NCBI GenBank assembly: GCA_037925075.1
Contig: JAXSNR010000001.1
Location: 32,001 to 96,000 of the forward strand
DNA: 64,000 nt
Source of the DNA: Aquificaceae bacterium
GTDB taxonomy: Bacteria > Aquificota > Aquificia > Aquificales > Aquificaceae
Direction: 5' to 3'
Below the pieces are notes generated by a model. That model saw only the letters and a program-made list of their open reading frames with translations. It searched no databases and was not told the DNA's origin. Each line of letters opens with the position of its first letter. Position 1 is the stretch's first letter. The position numbers and the translations under genes are program-made. Shown piece by piece: positions 62,022-64,000 of the stretch.

Positions 62022-64000
62022 ATGTTTCTTCTCATTCTTTTCTTCTTTTTCCCCCTAAGCCTCTTTGCCCAAGTTTTCCTAATGTCCAACTACCCCCTTA
62101 GGAAAAGCAACATAGAGCAGGTTATAAATAAACAGAATTATAGGGAAATGGTGGAGATGCTAAAAAAGATAGAGGATGTGAAAGATGTCTACCTCATGGA
62201 AGGCGAAGAGGTGTACATCTACATAGAGAGGTTCCCCATCATCAGGTCTATACACATAAAGGGAAACTTGGCACTCATCAGAGAGGAGATACTTTCTTAT
62301 CTTGGTTTTTACGAGGGTATGCCGGTACGAGGTCCAGAGTTCAACGAAGGAGATGTAGAGGGTAGGATAAAAAGGCTATACATGGATAGAGGTTTTCTTG
62401 ATGCATCTGTGGGGGTTACGCTGGTAAAGGACGAAAATGGCTATATAGACCTGTACATAGGGATAGATGAGGGGCCTGTGTATTTTACAGAGGGGGGAGT
62501 TTACAAGGGTACAAGCTACAACGCTTCTCTTTTGGACGAGGCTATGGGGCTTGTAAAGGGTAGAGTGGTAAAGGAAAGCTTTTTCAGAGAAAGCGTGTTC
62601 CAGCTTCAGGACTTTTACATTGGGGAAGGGTTCTGGGACAGCTTTGTTTATTACGAGGGGCTGGAAAGGATAAGGCTAAACAGACCTTTCTACCATGTTC
62701 TTATGCCAATGGATAGAAGTGTAAGGAAAAGACCTCTCAGACTTTTTGGTTCTTTGTCTGAGGGTATATCAAACCTTTTTAGCCACCCAATTGCTACCCT
62801 TAGAGCCTTGACTGGGAAAGGGTTTGTCGCAAGACCCGTTTTTCAGATAATTGAGGGCAAGAGGTACAGAATCCATTGGGAAGGGGCGAGCTTTTTTAAG
62901 GAAAAGGACCTCATCCGCATAAGCGGTTTAGAAGAGAAGGGCGTTGACCCCTTTTCCCTTGAGGAGGCAAGGGAAAACATAATAAACGCATACCACAAAA
63001 AGGGTTTTTTTGATGTGAAGGTTGAATATGAAATGGCAGGAGATAGCATAAATTTCAAAATACAGGAAGGGGATAGGTACACGGTAGTGGGAGAGGGCCT
63101 TAACGAACAGTTTTATGACGAGGACGCACTGGAGAAATTGCTTGAATCTGAGCTTGAAAAATTACACAAAGATGGTTATACACTTGCGGAAGGTAGGTTA
63201 AAAAAAGAAGTTCTTAGAGAAAAAAAGGAGGTCAAAGTAAATTTTGATATAAACCCGGGGAAAAGGCAAATACTAAAGGATGTAATTTATGAAGGAGAAA
63301 ATAAGGATATAAAAGTGCTTTTTAGGAAGTACAAAGATAAACTACCAGCCATATTCAACACCAACTTGATTGAAGCCATAAACATAGACCTACAAAACTA
63401 TTTCCTTAAAAAGGGTTTCATGGAGGGCAGTTTTGACATAGACGTTAAAATTCAAGAGGAGGAGGAAAACCTTTTTTACATATACACGTACAAAGTGAAG
63501 GAGGGGGAAGTCTACGGGCTTGGTAATACCATCTACTATGGATATGAAAAAACTTCACTCCGGGAGCTTTCTTACATGACAGAAAAGGCAAAGAATTACT
63601 CGCAGAGTCTTGACGATACCACGCTGAATAACATGTTAACCAGCGGAGTTTTCAATGGTGTGTCTATAAATACCTTTGTGGACAAGGAAAAAAAATTAGT
63701 GCACCGACTGATTCAGGTGTCGGAGGACAAAAGGGGCATGTTTGACCTTTCTCTTGGATACAACACCGAAGAAAACATATCTGCGGAGGTTTTTCTTGGA
63801 TTGAAGCACCTATTGGGGATAGGGCTTTCCTCTGGCTTGAAATATAAGAAAACGGGTAAGAGAGAGCTTTACGAACTTAGCCTTTCTGACAACTTCCTCT
63901 TTTCGAGCAGATACTGGTTCAAATCTAACCTGTTCAAGACCTATGAAGAGCATAAAAGCTATAATCTGAACTCATACGGTTCTAACCTTCAGTTAGGATA
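62022..64000 (+). CDS. POTRA-domain outer-membrane assembly protein (BamA/TamA-like), 3' truncated; absent from the ORF track
   Basis: Signal peptide MFLLILFFFFPLSLFA; POTRA-like IRSIHIKGN, LYMDRGFLDA, YHKKGFFDVKV..IQEG; frame appears open to the window end. Confidence 0.8.
   Translation, partial: MFLLILFFFFPLSLFAQVFLMSNYPLRKSNIEQVINKQNYREMVEMLKKIEDVKDVYLMEGEEVYIYIERFPIIRSIHIKGNLALIREEILSYLGFYEGMPVRGPEFNEGDVEGRIKRLYMDRGFLDASVGVTLVKDENGYIDLYIGIDEGPVYFTEGGVYKGTSYNASLLDEAMGLVKGRVVKESFFRESVFQLQDFYIGEGFWDSFVYYEGLERIRLNRPFYHVLMPMDRSVRKRPLRLFGSLSEGISNLFSHPIATLRALTGKGFVARPVFQIIEGKRYRIHWEGASFFKEKDLIRISGLEEKGVDPFSLEEARENIINAYHKKGFFDVKVEYEMAGDSINFKIQEGDRYTVVGEGLNEQFYDEDALEKLLESELEKLHKDGYTLAEGRLKKEVLREKKEVKVNFDINPGKRQILKDVIYEGENKDIKVLFRKYKDKLPAIFNTNLIEAINIDLQNYFLKKGFMEGSFDIDVKIQEEEENLFYIYTYKVKEGEVYGLGNTIYYGYEKTSLRELSYMTEKAKNYSQSLDDTTLNNMLTSGVFNGVSINTFVDKEKKLVHRLIQVSEDKRGMFDLSLGYNTEENISAEVFLGLKHLLGIGLSSGLKYKKTGKRELYELSLSDNFLFSSRYWFKSNLFKTYEEHKSYNLNSYGSNLQLG

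Overview
A 64-kb, gene-dense stretch of bacterial chromosome. The YbeY, RibD2 and LonC-type sequences and the very short intergenic gaps point to Aquificaceae (Hydrogenobacter/Thermocrinis-like); this is an inference. Most of the window is housekeeping: ccsA, ribE, pyrK, fabD, argB, truA, ybeY, phoH, htpX, trpF, glgB, tRNA-Lys(CTT), lpxK, trpG, purD, def, rpoD, ilvC, ispF, fabG, folK, nrdAB, nusA, rimP and a partial BamA/TamA-like gene. Three regions stand out. (1) 20.3-27.2 kb holds a LytS/LytTR two-component pair around a desaturase-like gene, an uncalled 33-aa membrane microprotein, a flavin reductase and a photolyase. The motif TTCnnAAGTGTAAAGCT lies upstream of both transcription units, suggesting a light/oxidative-stress regulon. 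(2) 33.4-43.9 kb is a defence island with a type IIG-like MTase, a PLD-SNF2 helicase, an orphan nuclease-like gene and a DUF2075 helicase. It also carries collapsed hsdM/hsdS remnants and two direct repeats of the nitroreductase/helicase junction. (3) A GC-rich, potentially multi-pseudoknotted leader precedes htpX. Smaller observations are a collapsed HEPN gene beside an intact MNT, the lpxK stop codon falling in the tRNA anticodon loop, and many apparently leaderless or bidirectional -10 promoters. All calls come from motif recognition by eye; no database search was run.
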